The notes below the pieces were generated by a model. It saw only the letters and a list, made by a program, of their open reading frames with translations, was not told where the DNA came from and made no database searches. 64,000 nucleotides of DNA. Origin: Chloroflexota bacterium. GTDB taxonomy: Bacteria > Chloroflexota > UBA6077 > SHYK01. The translations under genes and the position numbers were made by a program. Shown one piece after another: positions 28,778 through 37,537 of the stretch. The stretch spans positions 52,384 through 116,383 of the forward strand of contig DASRDP010000082.1 of assembly GCA_035652535.1 (NCBI GenBank), given 5' to 3'. How positions within the stretch are numbered: position 1 is the stretch's first letter; each line of letters opens with the position of its first letter.

Positions 28778-29959
28778 TCAGCGAGCCGCGCCGGCCAGCG
28801 GACGGGCCACGTCCGCGAGACCGCTGCCGGGCACACGACCGACGGTGTGCTCGCGCTCGATCACGATCATCGGTTCGTTCACTTCCGGGTCTCGGATCAC
28901 CCCGAGCGGGTCCTGGCCCTGCGCCACCTTCTCGATGTTCTCCAGCAACAGCTTGCGGTAGAGCAAGACGCCCCGGTCCGACGTGACCGGGTGCTCGGTG
29001 GATCGATCGGAGATGGCGCCCTGGGTGATCCAGGCCATCATGTCCTGCCCCTTCGTGGTCTCCACGATCAAGCGCCCATCATCGTCCTGGTAGGGAAACT
29101 CCGAAACCGGGATCGTCTCCTGCGGAGGCGCGCCGGCTTCCCTGGTCGTGGTCAAATACCAGAAGTGCAGCGTATTCGCATCGTCGACGGGGACCCGTAT
29201 CTGGAACGATGGACGTCCCACGTCCGTCAGGGTCAGGATGTTTGGGAACAGGACCGGATGGCCGATCCGCCAGTCGTCCGCCTCTTCAGTCTGGCCCTCC
29301 ATCAACCGGCGCTTGATGATGCCGAATTCGAACACCTCGAAGTCGATTTTCGCGGTCTTGGGCATCTCTGGCATCGTCGGCTTGCCCTGCCGTCGGAGAA
29401 CGAACCGTCCATATCGGTTGTGCAGGTGCTCGAAGTGCATGGGGTCCATGGAGTTCTCCATGGGCTGAAGCCAGTTGCACGGCAGGCGAGTCACGCCAAT
29501 CGTTCGAACCAGGTCTTCTCGGACCAGCAGGTCCCAGCGGGGAAGAAGGGGCGCCGGCTCAGGTCCGAGGTAGGCCCAGACGAGGCCGCCGAGCGCCTTC
29601 ACCGGGTAGCCGGGAATGCGGAGCGGGAGGACCGACGGCTCCGACGGCTGCTCGATGCAGCGACCCTCCCGATCGTAGAGCCACCCATGGTACGGACAAC
29701 GAATGCCGTTTTCCTCGGGGATGCCATACGCCAGCGACGCGCCGCGATGGGCGCACCGAGCGCGCACCAGACCGAGCGCGCCATCATCGCTTCGATAGAG
29801 GGCCAGGTCCTCGCCCAACAGACGGACGCTCATGACCGGCTCGCGGTCCAGCTCGGCCGTCGTGGCGACCGGATGCCAATAGCGGCGAAGAAGCGCCCCC
29901 ATCGGCGTCCCCGGGCCGACCTGGGTCAAGCGTGCGTTCTCTTCGGGCGTCAGCATCAC
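28778..29959 (-). CDS. Rieske [2Fe-2S] non-heme iron oxygenase, alpha-subunit-like
   Basis: 'CAHRGASL...CPYHGW' Rieske motif and 'MDPMHFEHLH' mononuclear iron motif. Confidence 0.85.
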   Translation of the reverse strand: MMLTPEENARLTQVGPGTPMGALLRRYWHPVATTAELDREPVMSVRLLGEDLALYRSDDGALGLVRARCAHRGASLAYGIPEENGIRCPYHGWLYDREGRCIEQPSEPSVLPLRIPGYPVKALGGLVWAYLGPEPAPLLPRWDLLVREDLVRTIGVTRLPCNWLQPMENSMDPMHFEHLHNRYGRFVLRRQGKPTMPEMPKTAKIDFEVFEFGIIKRRLMEGQTEEADDWRIGHPVLFPNILTLTDVGRPSFQIRVPVDDANTLHFWYLTTTREAGAPPQETIPVSEFPYQDDDGRLIVETTKGQDMMAWITQGAISDRSTEHPVTSDRGVLLYRKLLLENIEKVAQGQDPLGVIRDPEVNEPMIVIEREHTVGRVPGSGLADVARPLAGAAR

Positions 29960-30021
29960 ATCCCCCTCCCGTCTGCGCTGGGCATCTACCTTACCACGAC
30001 GGTTGGATGCCGGTGCGGCGC

Positions 30022-30690
30022 TCAGCGATCAGACGAATCGGCACGCCGACGAGCTGGGACGGGCGGAACGTGATCGCGGATGAGATCCGTCGCGGTGAGC
30101 CGATGAGGCGGCTCCACGATGGGCGCCTGGCGTCCGCTCCCGGGATCGACAAGCCAGCGATCTCCGCCCTCCGGAAGGAGAGCGTCGTCCACTCCGTGCA
30201 GCAGCCTCCGAACCCCCTCCACGTCTACGCGCTCGAGCCGCACCATGCGCCCAAAGCGATCGATGAGGGTCTGGGCCAGGCGCTCGGCGTCGGGTGGTTC
30301 GCGGTCGAGAGTGAGCGTGAGGACGGCCGCGTCGGGAGACAAACGCGCATCGAGGAGGCACACGCCAGCGCCAAGTGTGTCGAGGACGGAGGCCGCGATG
30401 AGGCTGGCATCGAGAGCCGCCGCCGCTTCCCTGCCGAGCGTGATCGCGTCCGCGGCCTCGGCGACACGGAGCGCGCGTCCCACTCGTGGCGGCGGCTGCT
30501 CAACCCGGGCTTGGCCGCTCCCGATGACGACGGTTGCGAGCCAGACGTAGGACTCGCCCGTGGGCCCGGTCGATTCCACCACCACGACGGTGCCCGGCGC
30601 CAGGGTCAGACCGCCGGCGTCCACAAACAGGACTCGCCCGCTTCGACCCCGTCGAACCCCAACAAAATCGAGCGCAGCGGGCTCGTGCAC
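30022..30690 (-). CDS. PSP1 C-terminal domain protein (YaaT/RicT-like), short form
   Basis: 'FVGVRRGRSGRVLFVD...VVVVESTGPTGESYVWLATVV' parallels the YaaT N-terminal block and sits directly downstream of holB as in Bacillus. It lacks the Cys-rich C-terminus. Confidence 0.6.
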   Translation of the reverse strand: MHEPAALDFVGVRRGRSGRVLFVDAGGLTLAPGTVVVVESTGPTGESYVWLATVVIGSGQARVEQPPPRVGRALRVAEAADAITLGREAAAALDASLIAASVLDTLGAGVCLLDARLSPDAAVLTLTLDREPPDAERLAQTLIDRFGRMVRLERVDVEGVRRLLHGVDDALLPEGGDRWLVDPGSGRQAPIVEPPHRLTATDLIRDHVPPVPARRRADSSDR

Positions 30691-30698
30691 CGGCAGTC

Positions 30699-31724
30699 TC
30701 AGTCGAGGCCAGACCCGGCGGGGCGCGGGAGTCCCATCATGTAGGCCTCGAGCGCGAGCCGTGGGTTCGCGTTGTGATTGAGACCGTCCTCGACATCAAG
30801 CGTGCGCGCCAAAGCCCGGCGCACCGTGCTCGCGTCCAGACGTTCGGAAATCATCACCGCCTCTCGACGGATGGCCGAGGCGCATCGAGTGCCCTGAAAC
30901 CCGTGTTGAACGAGGAGCGCGGCCTCCCATACCTCCGCCCAGATCTCGAGTACGTTGCGCACGTTCTCTGGATGGCTGCTCCATTGCTCCGAAAGCTCGT
31001 CGGCATACCGGATGCGGCTCAGGACGTCGCCATCCAGGGCGCCGCGAAGCTCCCGCGCGCACCGAACGCGATCCTCCAGGATCTCCGGACGGTCCACCGC
31101 GAGGATCGCCCAACCGGGCAGCCCGCCGCTCTCGGATGCGGCGGATTGCGCCCGGTCAGCATCGATCCCGCGCCCGCTGATGAGATGCTCCGCGATCACG
31201 GCGGGCGGAACGCGGTGGAGGGTGATGACCTGGCACCGAGATACAACCGTGGGGAGGAGGGCGGACGGATCAGCGGCGGTGAGCAGGAGCGTCACGCCGG
31301 CGGGCGGCTCTTCGATCGTCTTCAGAAGCGCCGTGGCTCCGTCTTCCGCGAGGTTCTCCGCATCTGGAATCAGGTACACCTTCCGAGTCGCCTCGAGGGG
31401 TTTGAGGGCGATGCCGTGGAGAAATTCGTGGACGTCTTTGATGGGTATGGTCTTCCGGTCGGTGGGCAGCGCCAGGATGCGCATGTCGGGATGCGCGCCG
31501 CGGGCGGCATGTCGGCAGTGGCGGCAGGTGCCGCACGCCGGATTCGAAGGACACAGGAGGAGACGGGCGATCGCCATCGCCGTCGCGAGTTTGCCGACGT
31601 GCTCAGGTCCGGTCAGCAGGTAGGCATGGGCCAGGGAGGAAGTCTTGATAGCGCGCGCCAGCGCGTCGAGAGCCCACTGATGGCCGATCAGCTGCGCGGA
31701 CCCCTGGGCATCCGGGGAGGTCAT
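30699..31724 (-). CDS. holB: DNA polymerase III subunit delta'
   Basis: 'AHAYLLTGPEHVGKLATAMAIARLLLC...CGTCRHCRH' AAA+ P-loop variant and zinc module. Confidence 0.8.
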   Translation of the reverse strand: MTSPDAQGSAQLIGHQWALDALARAIKTSSLAHAYLLTGPEHVGKLATAMAIARLLLCPSNPACGTCRHCRHAARGAHPDMRILALPTDRKTIPIKDVHEFLHGIALKPLEATRKVYLIPDAENLAEDGATALLKTIEEPPAGVTLLLTAADPSALLPTVVSRCQVITLHRVPPAVIAEHLISGRGIDADRAQSAASESGGLPGWAILAVDRPEILEDRVRCARELRGALDGDVLSRIRYADELSEQWSSHPENVRNVLEIWAEVWEAALLVQHGFQGTRCASAIRREAVMISERLDASTVRRALARTLDVEDGLNHNANPRLALEAYMMGLPRPAGSGLD

Positions 31725-31825
31725 AGGCGATTCTACCAGCGGCCCGGAGCGGCACGGTATAACAGCCAAATGTGACCCGTTCGCAATGAGCCTCGAACCG
31801 TTTCCCCGCGTGGCTCGGGAGGCAT

Positions 31826-32389
31826 ATGGCAATTCGGCGCTGCGCCATCGATGGCCTACTCATTATCGAACGCCCGACCTTCGCGGACGATCGCGGGTTT
31901 TTCCGGGAGTCATTCCGCTTGAACGAGCTCGTTGACGCCCTGGGACAGGCGCCGTGCTTCGTGCAGGAAAACCATTCGCGATCCCGGCGGGGGGCGCTCC
32001 GCGGGCTGCACGCCGAGAACTGGGAGAAGCTGATCTACGTGCCGCGCGGGGAGGTCTTCACCGCGGTGGCCGATATTCGCGCAGATTCACCGACGTTCGG
32101 AGCGGTCGAAACGTTCATCCTCGGCGAGACGAACCGGCTCAAGCTCTTTCTCCCGCGCGCGGTCGCCCACGGCTTCTGCGTGCTGAGCAGCGAGGCCGAC
32201 TACGTCTATCAGGTGACGGCCTATTACGACGGGTCCGACATGCAGGCCGTTCGCTGGGACGATCCGGATCTCGCGGTGGCATGGCCGATCGCAGACCCCA
32301 TCCTTTCGCATCGGGACCAACACAACCCGGCGCTTCGGGAGATTCGCCCGGAGCGGTTCGCGACGCCGAGGTCGCCGAGGCGAGATTGA
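31826..32389 (+). CDS. rfbC: dTDP-4-dehydrorhamnose 3,5-epimerase
   Basis: 'DDRGFFRESF' and 'RGLHAE...KLIYVPRG' cupin motifs of RmlC. Confidence 0.9.
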   Translation: MAIRRCAIDGLLIIERPTFADDRGFFRESFRLNELVDALGQAPCFVQENHSRSRRGALRGLHAENWEKLIYVPRGEVFTAVADIRADSPTFGAVETFILGETNRLKLFLPRAVAHGFCVLSSEADYVYQVTAYYDGSDMQAVRWDDPDLAVAWPIADPILSHRDQHNPALREIRPERFATPRSPRRD

Positions 32390-32418
32390 AGAGCGCGACA
32401 TAGATAGCCTGAACCACG

Positions 32419-32973
32419 ATGAGAAAAACCACTCTGTACATCCCGGACCTTCTGCACGAGAGCCTGCGCGCCGCTTCTCGGCGGTCGGGTCCGCCCCAGG
32501 CTGAGATCGTCCGCGAGGCGCTCGAGGCCTACCTCGAGGCCAAGGGTCCGCCGGCGCTCGAGTCCCTGGATGCGGAGCGGTACCGAGACATCCCGCTCGG
32601 CTTCGCCGACGCCGCGGTCATCGCGGGCGCCGATCGCCGCGGCGGCGCGGTCCTGACGCTGGACATGCGACACTTCAGCGTCGTGGCGCGCGAGCGGCGA
32701 ATCCGGGTCGTTCCGGGCTGGCGAACGTCACACCGGTGCGTCGACCGCGACGCAGCGCTCCACGAATCGGCGCGCAATGGCCGCGTCGTGGGCGAAGTGG
32801 ACGTGTACGTACGACGCAAGCACGTTGTCGACGGCGTAGCCCTCGAGGCCGCCGCCACGCTCGGCGATTCGATACGCGGCTCGTTCGGGTGGGGCGGGAG
32901 CACCCAGAACCGAGTAGTGAAACTCGTGCCCCGTGACTTCGGCGCCGACCGGCAGCAGGGGGCTCGGGCGTAA
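32419..32973 (+). pseudogene. ribbon-helix-helix (CopG/VapB-like) antitoxin fused in frame to a C-terminal PIN (VapC) fragment. Degenerate TA remnant overlapping the 3' end of cbiA.
   Basis: N-terminal 'TTLYIPDLLHESLRAASRRSG...AEIVREALEAYLE' RHH fold. Then 'FADAAVIAGADRRGGAVLTLDMRHFSVV', a PIN C-terminal block without the N-terminal catalytic acids. The last ~245 nt overlap cbiA on the opposite strand. Confidence 0.45.
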
Positions 32974-34110
32974 CGCAGTGACGGTCCGGTACCCGAGGAC
33001 TGCGCGCCGCCACTGCATGGCCGAGTCGAGTGGAACGATGCCCGCCATGGGGTGCGTCCGTCCATCCAGGTCGACGAGCGACCTCCCCAGATACATCAGG
33101 CCGCCGCATTCACCGTAGATCGGGAGCCCCCGAGCGGCGACGTCGCGAACCGACGCGACCATCGGGGAGTTCGCGGCGAGCTGCGCGGCGTAGAGCTCAG
33201 GGAACCCGCCGCCCAGATATACGCCCCGCGCCGCCGTCGGCACGCGATCGTCCCACAACGGACTGAATGGGATGACCTCAGCGCCCCAGGCCGCGAGCAG
33301 ATCGAGCGCGTCCTCGTAGTAAAAACTGAAGGCCAGGTCTCGCGCGACCGCGATGGCGGTGCGCGGCGCGAGGGGCTCGTCCGGATAGAGCCGCGCGCTG
33401 TTGGCCGCCGCAGGAGCTGGCTCCGGCGCGTCGGCAATCGACCAGACACGGTCGAGGTCGACCGCGCGCGCGGTCGCGGCCGCGAGGCGATCGAAGAACG
33501 CCGGAGCCGGCGATGCTTCCGCAGCCGGGACGAGCCCCAGGTGGCGCTCCGGGATCGACAGATCCGGGTCGCGCGGGAACGCGCCGAGGACCGGAAGTCC
33601 GGTCGCCTGCTGAATCGAGTCGGCCGCCCATCGCGCATGGTCGGCGCTGCCGACGCGGTTGAGAATGAATCCGGCCACCTTGAGATCCGGATCGAAGGCA
33701 ACGCACCCGAGGGCGAGGGCTCCCGCGGTTCGCGACGTCTTCGCCGCGTCGATGACCACGACGACCGGCGCATCGATGAGCTTCGCGATCTGGGCCGTCG
33801 AGCCGGCCTCGCCCTGCCCGCCCCGGCCGTCGAAGAGCCCCATGACTCCCTCGACGATGGCGATATCGGCCGACCGCGCGGCTCGCTTGTAGATAGCGCG
33901 CAGGTTCATGTGGGGCACGAGCACGCTATCGAGCGTACGGGATGGGACGCCGGCGGCAGCGGTGTGGTGGCTCGGATCGATGTAGTCCGGGCCCGCCTTG
34001 AAAGGTTGGACGTGAAGGCCGCGCTGGCGATAGGCGGAGATCAGGCCACACACGACGGTCGTTTTGCCAACGCCGCTCGATGTGCCCGCGATGACGAGTC
34101 TCCGAGTCAT
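32728..34110 (-). CDS. cbiA: cobyrinate a,c-diamide synthase
   Basis: 'VIAGTSSGVGKTTVVCGLI' P-loop and C-terminal glutamine amidotransferase 'GECGGLMYLG'. Confidence 0.9.
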   Translation of the reverse strand: MTRRLVIAGTSSGVGKTTVVCGLISAYRQRGLHVQPFKAGPDYIDPSHHTAAAGVPSRTLDSVLVPHMNLRAIYKRAARSADIAIVEGVMGLFDGRGGQGEAGSTAQIAKLIDAPVVVVIDAAKTSRTAGALALGCVAFDPDLKVAGFILNRVGSADHARWAADSIQQATGLPVLGAFPRDPDLSIPERHLGLVPAAEASPAPAFFDRLAAATARAVDLDRVWSIADAPEPAPAAANSARLYPDEPLAPRTAIAVARDLAFSFYYEDALDLLAAWGAEVIPFSPLWDDRVPTAARGVYLGGGFPELYAAQLAANSPMVASVRDVAARGLPIYGECGGLMYLGRSLVDLDGRTHPMAGIVPLDSAMQWRRAVLGYRTVTALRPSPLLPVGAEVTGHEFHYSVLGAPAPPERAAYRIAERGGGLEGYAVDNVLASYVHVHFAHDAAIARRFVERCVAVDAPV

Positions 34111-35984
34111 GAAATCGCATACCCGCGGCGCGTGGTGAGCCGGCTGCCCGCGCGAACCGTGGCGCTGTTTCCGACGATGACGATGGTGAGCATGTCGATC
34201 GGACGATCGAGGAGGTGGGCCAGGTCTGTAACCTCGATTTGCTGATCCCGACGCGCGGCGTTGCGAACCAGGCCCACGGGTGTGCCCGGGTCCCGATGGC
34301 GCAGGAGAATCGCGTGCGCACGCTCGAGGGGCGCCCGGCGCCGTCGGCTGGCCGGGTTGTACAGCGCGATGACCATGTCGCTGGCCGCCGCGGCCTCGAG
34401 GCGACGCTCGATGACGGCGAGTGGGGTCATGAGGTCGCTGAGACTGATGGTCGCGAAGTCGCTCATGAGGGGCGCCCCCAAAAGCGCGGCAGCCGTGCTC
34501 GCCGCCGACACGCCCGGCACGATCTCTAGCCGCTCCAGCTCGTCATCGGCCCCATCCGCCGCCAGCAGCTCGATCACGATGCCGGCTGTCCCATACACGC
34601 CCGGATCGCCGCTGGAGACCAGCGCCACCCGCCGCCCATCGCGAGCCAGCGCGACGGCGAGGCGGCAGCGCTCGATCTCGGCGCCGATCGGGCTCCCGTG
34701 ATAGGTGGCGTCCGGAAGCCACGGGCGAATGAGATCGAGGTATCCGTCGTACCCGACGACCGCCTCGGCCGATTCGAGGGTTCGGCGCGCGCGCTCGGTC
34801 ATCTCGGATTCGGCCCCGGGCCCGATTCCGACAACGCTCAGCGCCCCGTTTCGAGTGCTGGCGCGGACCCGCGCGACGGCGACCGTCACGCGCGGTGTTC
34901 GTGTTTTGGCGGCGACCAGCTCGGCGCCGGGGCCAGCCGCGAGAAGAGCTGCCGGCTCGCAGACGGCCGGAGCGCCCACCGCTTCCGCCACGACAGCGGA
35001 GACGCCTGACGGCGCGGGAGCCGCGGCCAGCTCGGCGGGCTCGAAAAATCGGAGCGGCCGGCCGCGCCGCTCGGCGGCCTCCCGAATCCCGCGCTCCTCG
35101 CGCTTGGCGGCGATCGTCGCGATCTCGCGTACGCTGTTCACCGCGAGACGATGGCCCGCCAGAGTCGAACCGATCAGGTCGAGGATCTCCTCAGCGGTGG
35201 CGCCGCGAACGCAGCCGACGCCCACCGAGAGCGTCCTCGGTCGAAAGACGAGCGCGGGGCCGTCGCCCTCGAGCGGATGAATCCGATCGCTGATGATCAG
35301 TCGCGCCGAGAGCCGGGCGCCGTTCAGGGCCTCCACGCTGGCGTACCGGACGATGTTTCTCGGCGCCTCGCGCCACCACGCCTCGTCTCCCGCGTCCTGG
35401 TAGCAGCCGACCGGCTCGCCGTCGATGACCGCGGCGCTGGCTCGTGTCATGCCGCCGTCGTCTTCCAGCGTCCACCCCCAACGCCCGGCCATCAGGTCAA
35501 GCGCGATGGAGCCGAGGGCCTCAGCGGCCGTCGTGATGACAGGGCGCGCGCCGATCGCCGCGGCCACCCGTCGGGCGAGGTCGTTCGCGCCGCCCAGGTG
35601 CTCGGAGAGCACCGGCACGACGTGGGCTCCCGCCTCGTCTATGGCGATCACGGCTGGATCCTGGCGCTTGTCGACGAGCAGCGGCGCGACGAGCCGCACG
35701 ACTGCGCCGACGGGGAGGACGCACACGAGCGCACGGTCCGCGGCGAACTCCTCCGCGACGGCTTCGCGAATGCCGCCTTCCGGGAAAGCGGTCGTCGGCG
35801 GCTGGTCGCTTGCCCCCGGCTCAGATAGGGCCCCGGGCGCTCGGACATCCCCGCCCAGGCATCTCTGGAGCCGACGAGCGATCTCCAGCCCGCGTCGGCT
35901 GACGGCGAAGATCGCCGGCCCCGGGCGGACGTTCGGCGCCCCTGGGACGCCGGCTGCGTCAGGCCCCATGACGATCGTCGCCAT
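34107..35984 (-). CDS. cbiGH: CbiG-CbiH fusion (cobalt-precorrin-5A hydrolase + cobalt-precorrin-3B C17-methyltransferase)
   Basis: N-terminal 'PAIFAVSRRGLEIARRL' CbiG block. C-terminal 'LSVVGIGPGAESEMTERA...LVSSGDPGVYG' tetrapyrrole methylase block. Confidence 0.8.
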   Translation of the reverse strand: MATIVMGPDAAGVPGAPNVRPGPAIFAVSRRGLEIARRLQRCLGGDVRAPGALSEPGASDQPPTTAFPEGGIREAVAEEFAADRALVCVLPVGAVVRLVAPLLVDKRQDPAVIAIDEAGAHVVPVLSEHLGGANDLARRVAAAIGARPVITTAAEALGSIALDLMAGRWGWTLEDDGGMTRASAAVIDGEPVGCYQDAGDEAWWREAPRNIVRYASVEALNGARLSARLIISDRIHPLEGDGPALVFRPRTLSVGVGCVRGATAEEILDLIGSTLAGHRLAVNSVREIATIAAKREERGIREAAERRGRPLRFFEPAELAAAPAPSGVSAVVAEAVGAPAVCEPAALLAAGPGAELVAAKTRTPRVTVAVARVRASTRNGALSVVGIGPGAESEMTERARRTLESAEAVVGYDGYLDLIRPWLPDATYHGSPIGAEIERCRLAVALARDGRRVALVSSGDPGVYGTAGIVIELLAADGADDELERLEIVPGVSAASTAAALLGAPLMSDFATISLSDLMTPLAVIERRLEAAAASDMVIALYNPASRRRRAPLERAHAILLRHRDPGTPVGLVRNAARRDQQIEVTDLAHLLDRPIDMLTIVIVGNSATVRAGSRLTTRRGYAIS

Positions 35985-36807
35985 TGCTGGCGTCGGCGGC
36001 ACGCGGAGCCGCGGCCTGACTGCGCTGACGCCGCCTGGCCTGGCGAAACAGATGCGTGTAGTCCCCGGCGTAGAGACGGGACCGGCGCCCGTCCGCCGCG
36101 TCTGAGTCCAGGGCCGGACCAATGAGAATCAGGGCCTGACGCGTCCACTTGGCTGCGCGGACCTTCGCACGGATGTCCTTCAACGTGCCCCGGACTATCT
36201 CCTCGTCCGGCCAGCTCACCCGGTACACCGCGGCGACGGGCGTCTCGGGCGGATAACCTCCGGCGAGAAGCTCCCGAACGACACGGTAGATGTGGGCGAT
36301 GCTGAGAAAGAGCACGAGGCTCGTACCATGGGCCGCCAGGCTCCGCAGCGACTCACCGGGAGGGACGGGGCTCGCTCTTCCGGAGATGCGCGTCAGGATC
36401 ACGCTCTGCGCAACGCTTGGAACGGTCAGCTCCACTCCGAGGGCGGCCGCCGCCGCGAATGCGGAGCTGACGCCCGGCACGATGGTCCACGGGACGCCGG
36501 CCGCGTCGAGCCGCGCGATCTGCTCATGGAGCGCTCCATAGATGGCCGGGTCGCCGCTCTGCAGCCTCGCGACCGTCTGCCCCTCCCGAGCGGCCGCGAT
36601 CATCCGGTCCGACATCTCCTCCAGCGTCAAGCCCGAGCTACCGATCACCGTCGCGCCGGGGCGAGCCACCTCGCACACGCGGGGATCGACGAGCGAGTCT
36701 GCGAAGACGACGAGGTCGGCCTGGCGAACGAGCGACTGTCCGCGCACCGTCATGAGGTCGGGAGCGCCGGGTCCTGCCCCGATGAAATAGACGTGGCCGA
36801 GGTTCAC
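35959..36807 (-). CDS. cbiF: cobalt-precorrin-4 C11-methyltransferase
   Basis: 'VYFIGAGPGAPDLMTVRGQ...LQSGDPAIYGA'. GTG start chosen. Confidence 0.85.
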   Translation of the reverse strand: MNLGHVYFIGAGPGAPDLMTVRGQSLVRQADLVVFADSLVDPRVCEVARPGATVIGSSGLTLEEMSDRMIAAAREGQTVARLQSGDPAIYGALHEQIARLDAAGVPWTIVPGVSSAFAAAAALGVELTVPSVAQSVILTRISGRASPVPPGESLRSLAAHGTSLVLFLSIAHIYRVVRELLAGGYPPETPVAAVYRVSWPDEEIVRGTLKDIRAKVRAAKWTRQALILIGPALDSDAADGRRSRLYAGDYTHLFRQARRRQRSQAAAPRAADASNGDDRHGA

Positions 36808-36814
36808 CGGATCC

Positions 36815-37537
36815 TCACCGGACGCGCCGAACGACGAGCGTCGAGAAATAGTCGAGGCGCTGACCCCGAAGCTGTTCCACATCTCGGACGACGCGCTCGT
36901 CTGCGCAGCCGCAGCGCGAAACCAACACAGCCGCGTGGGAGTCGCCGAGCGCCGCGAGCGCGTCGAGCACCCGATCGAAGCGTCCCGCGACCTTGAGCAG
37001 GACGACCGTATCGAATTGGCGCAAGGTGTCTTGCAGGGCGCCGTCGTCGTACAGGGCGGGAAGAATCGCGATGCGCTCCTCCCCGTCGGCGAGCGGAACC
37101 CCCGCCGCCGCGGCGGCCGCGTTCACCGACGAAACGCCGGGGACGACGCGAATCGGCGCACCGGGCAACTCCGCGGCGAGGGCGGACGAGACGTGCATGA
37201 ACGTGCTGTACAACGTCGGGTCGCCCTCGGTCACGAAAGCTGCGTCGCGCCCGACCAGTAGCTCACGCGCGATGAGCCGCGCGTTCTCGCGCCAGCGTTG
37301 AACCTGGGCCGGGCGCTCTCCCCGCATGGCAAAGAGCAGCTCCACGACCCGCTGGCGTTCGAGGTCGAGATGAGGTCGGATGGTGGCAGCGGCGAAGCTC
37401 TTCGCGCCCTCGCGGGCGATCGGGACGAAGACCGTCCGGACGCGCTGCAACACCCGCAGCCCCTTGAGGGTGATGAGCTCCGGATCCCCCGGGCCGATGC
37501 CAATCCCGTACAGGGTGCCAAGCGGCTCCTGGCTCAC
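36815..37537 (-). CDS. cbiL: cobalt-precorrin-2 C20-methyltransferase
   Basis: 'LYGIGIGPGDPELITLKG...VTEGDPTLYST'. GTG start overlaps the cbiET stop as GTGA. The Arg-rich N-terminus of the track ORF is discarded. Confidence 0.8.
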   Translation of the reverse strand: MSQEPLGTLYGIGIGPGDPELITLKGLRVLQRVRTVFVPIAREGAKSFAAATIRPHLDLERQRVVELLFAMRGERPAQVQRWRENARLIARELLVGRDAAFVTEGDPTLYSTFMHVSSALAAELPGAPIRVVPGVSSVNAAAAAAGVPLADGEERIAILPALYDDGALQDTLRQFDTVVLLKVAGRFDRVLDALAALGDSHAAVLVSRCGCADERVVRDVEQLRGQRLDYFSTLVVRRVR

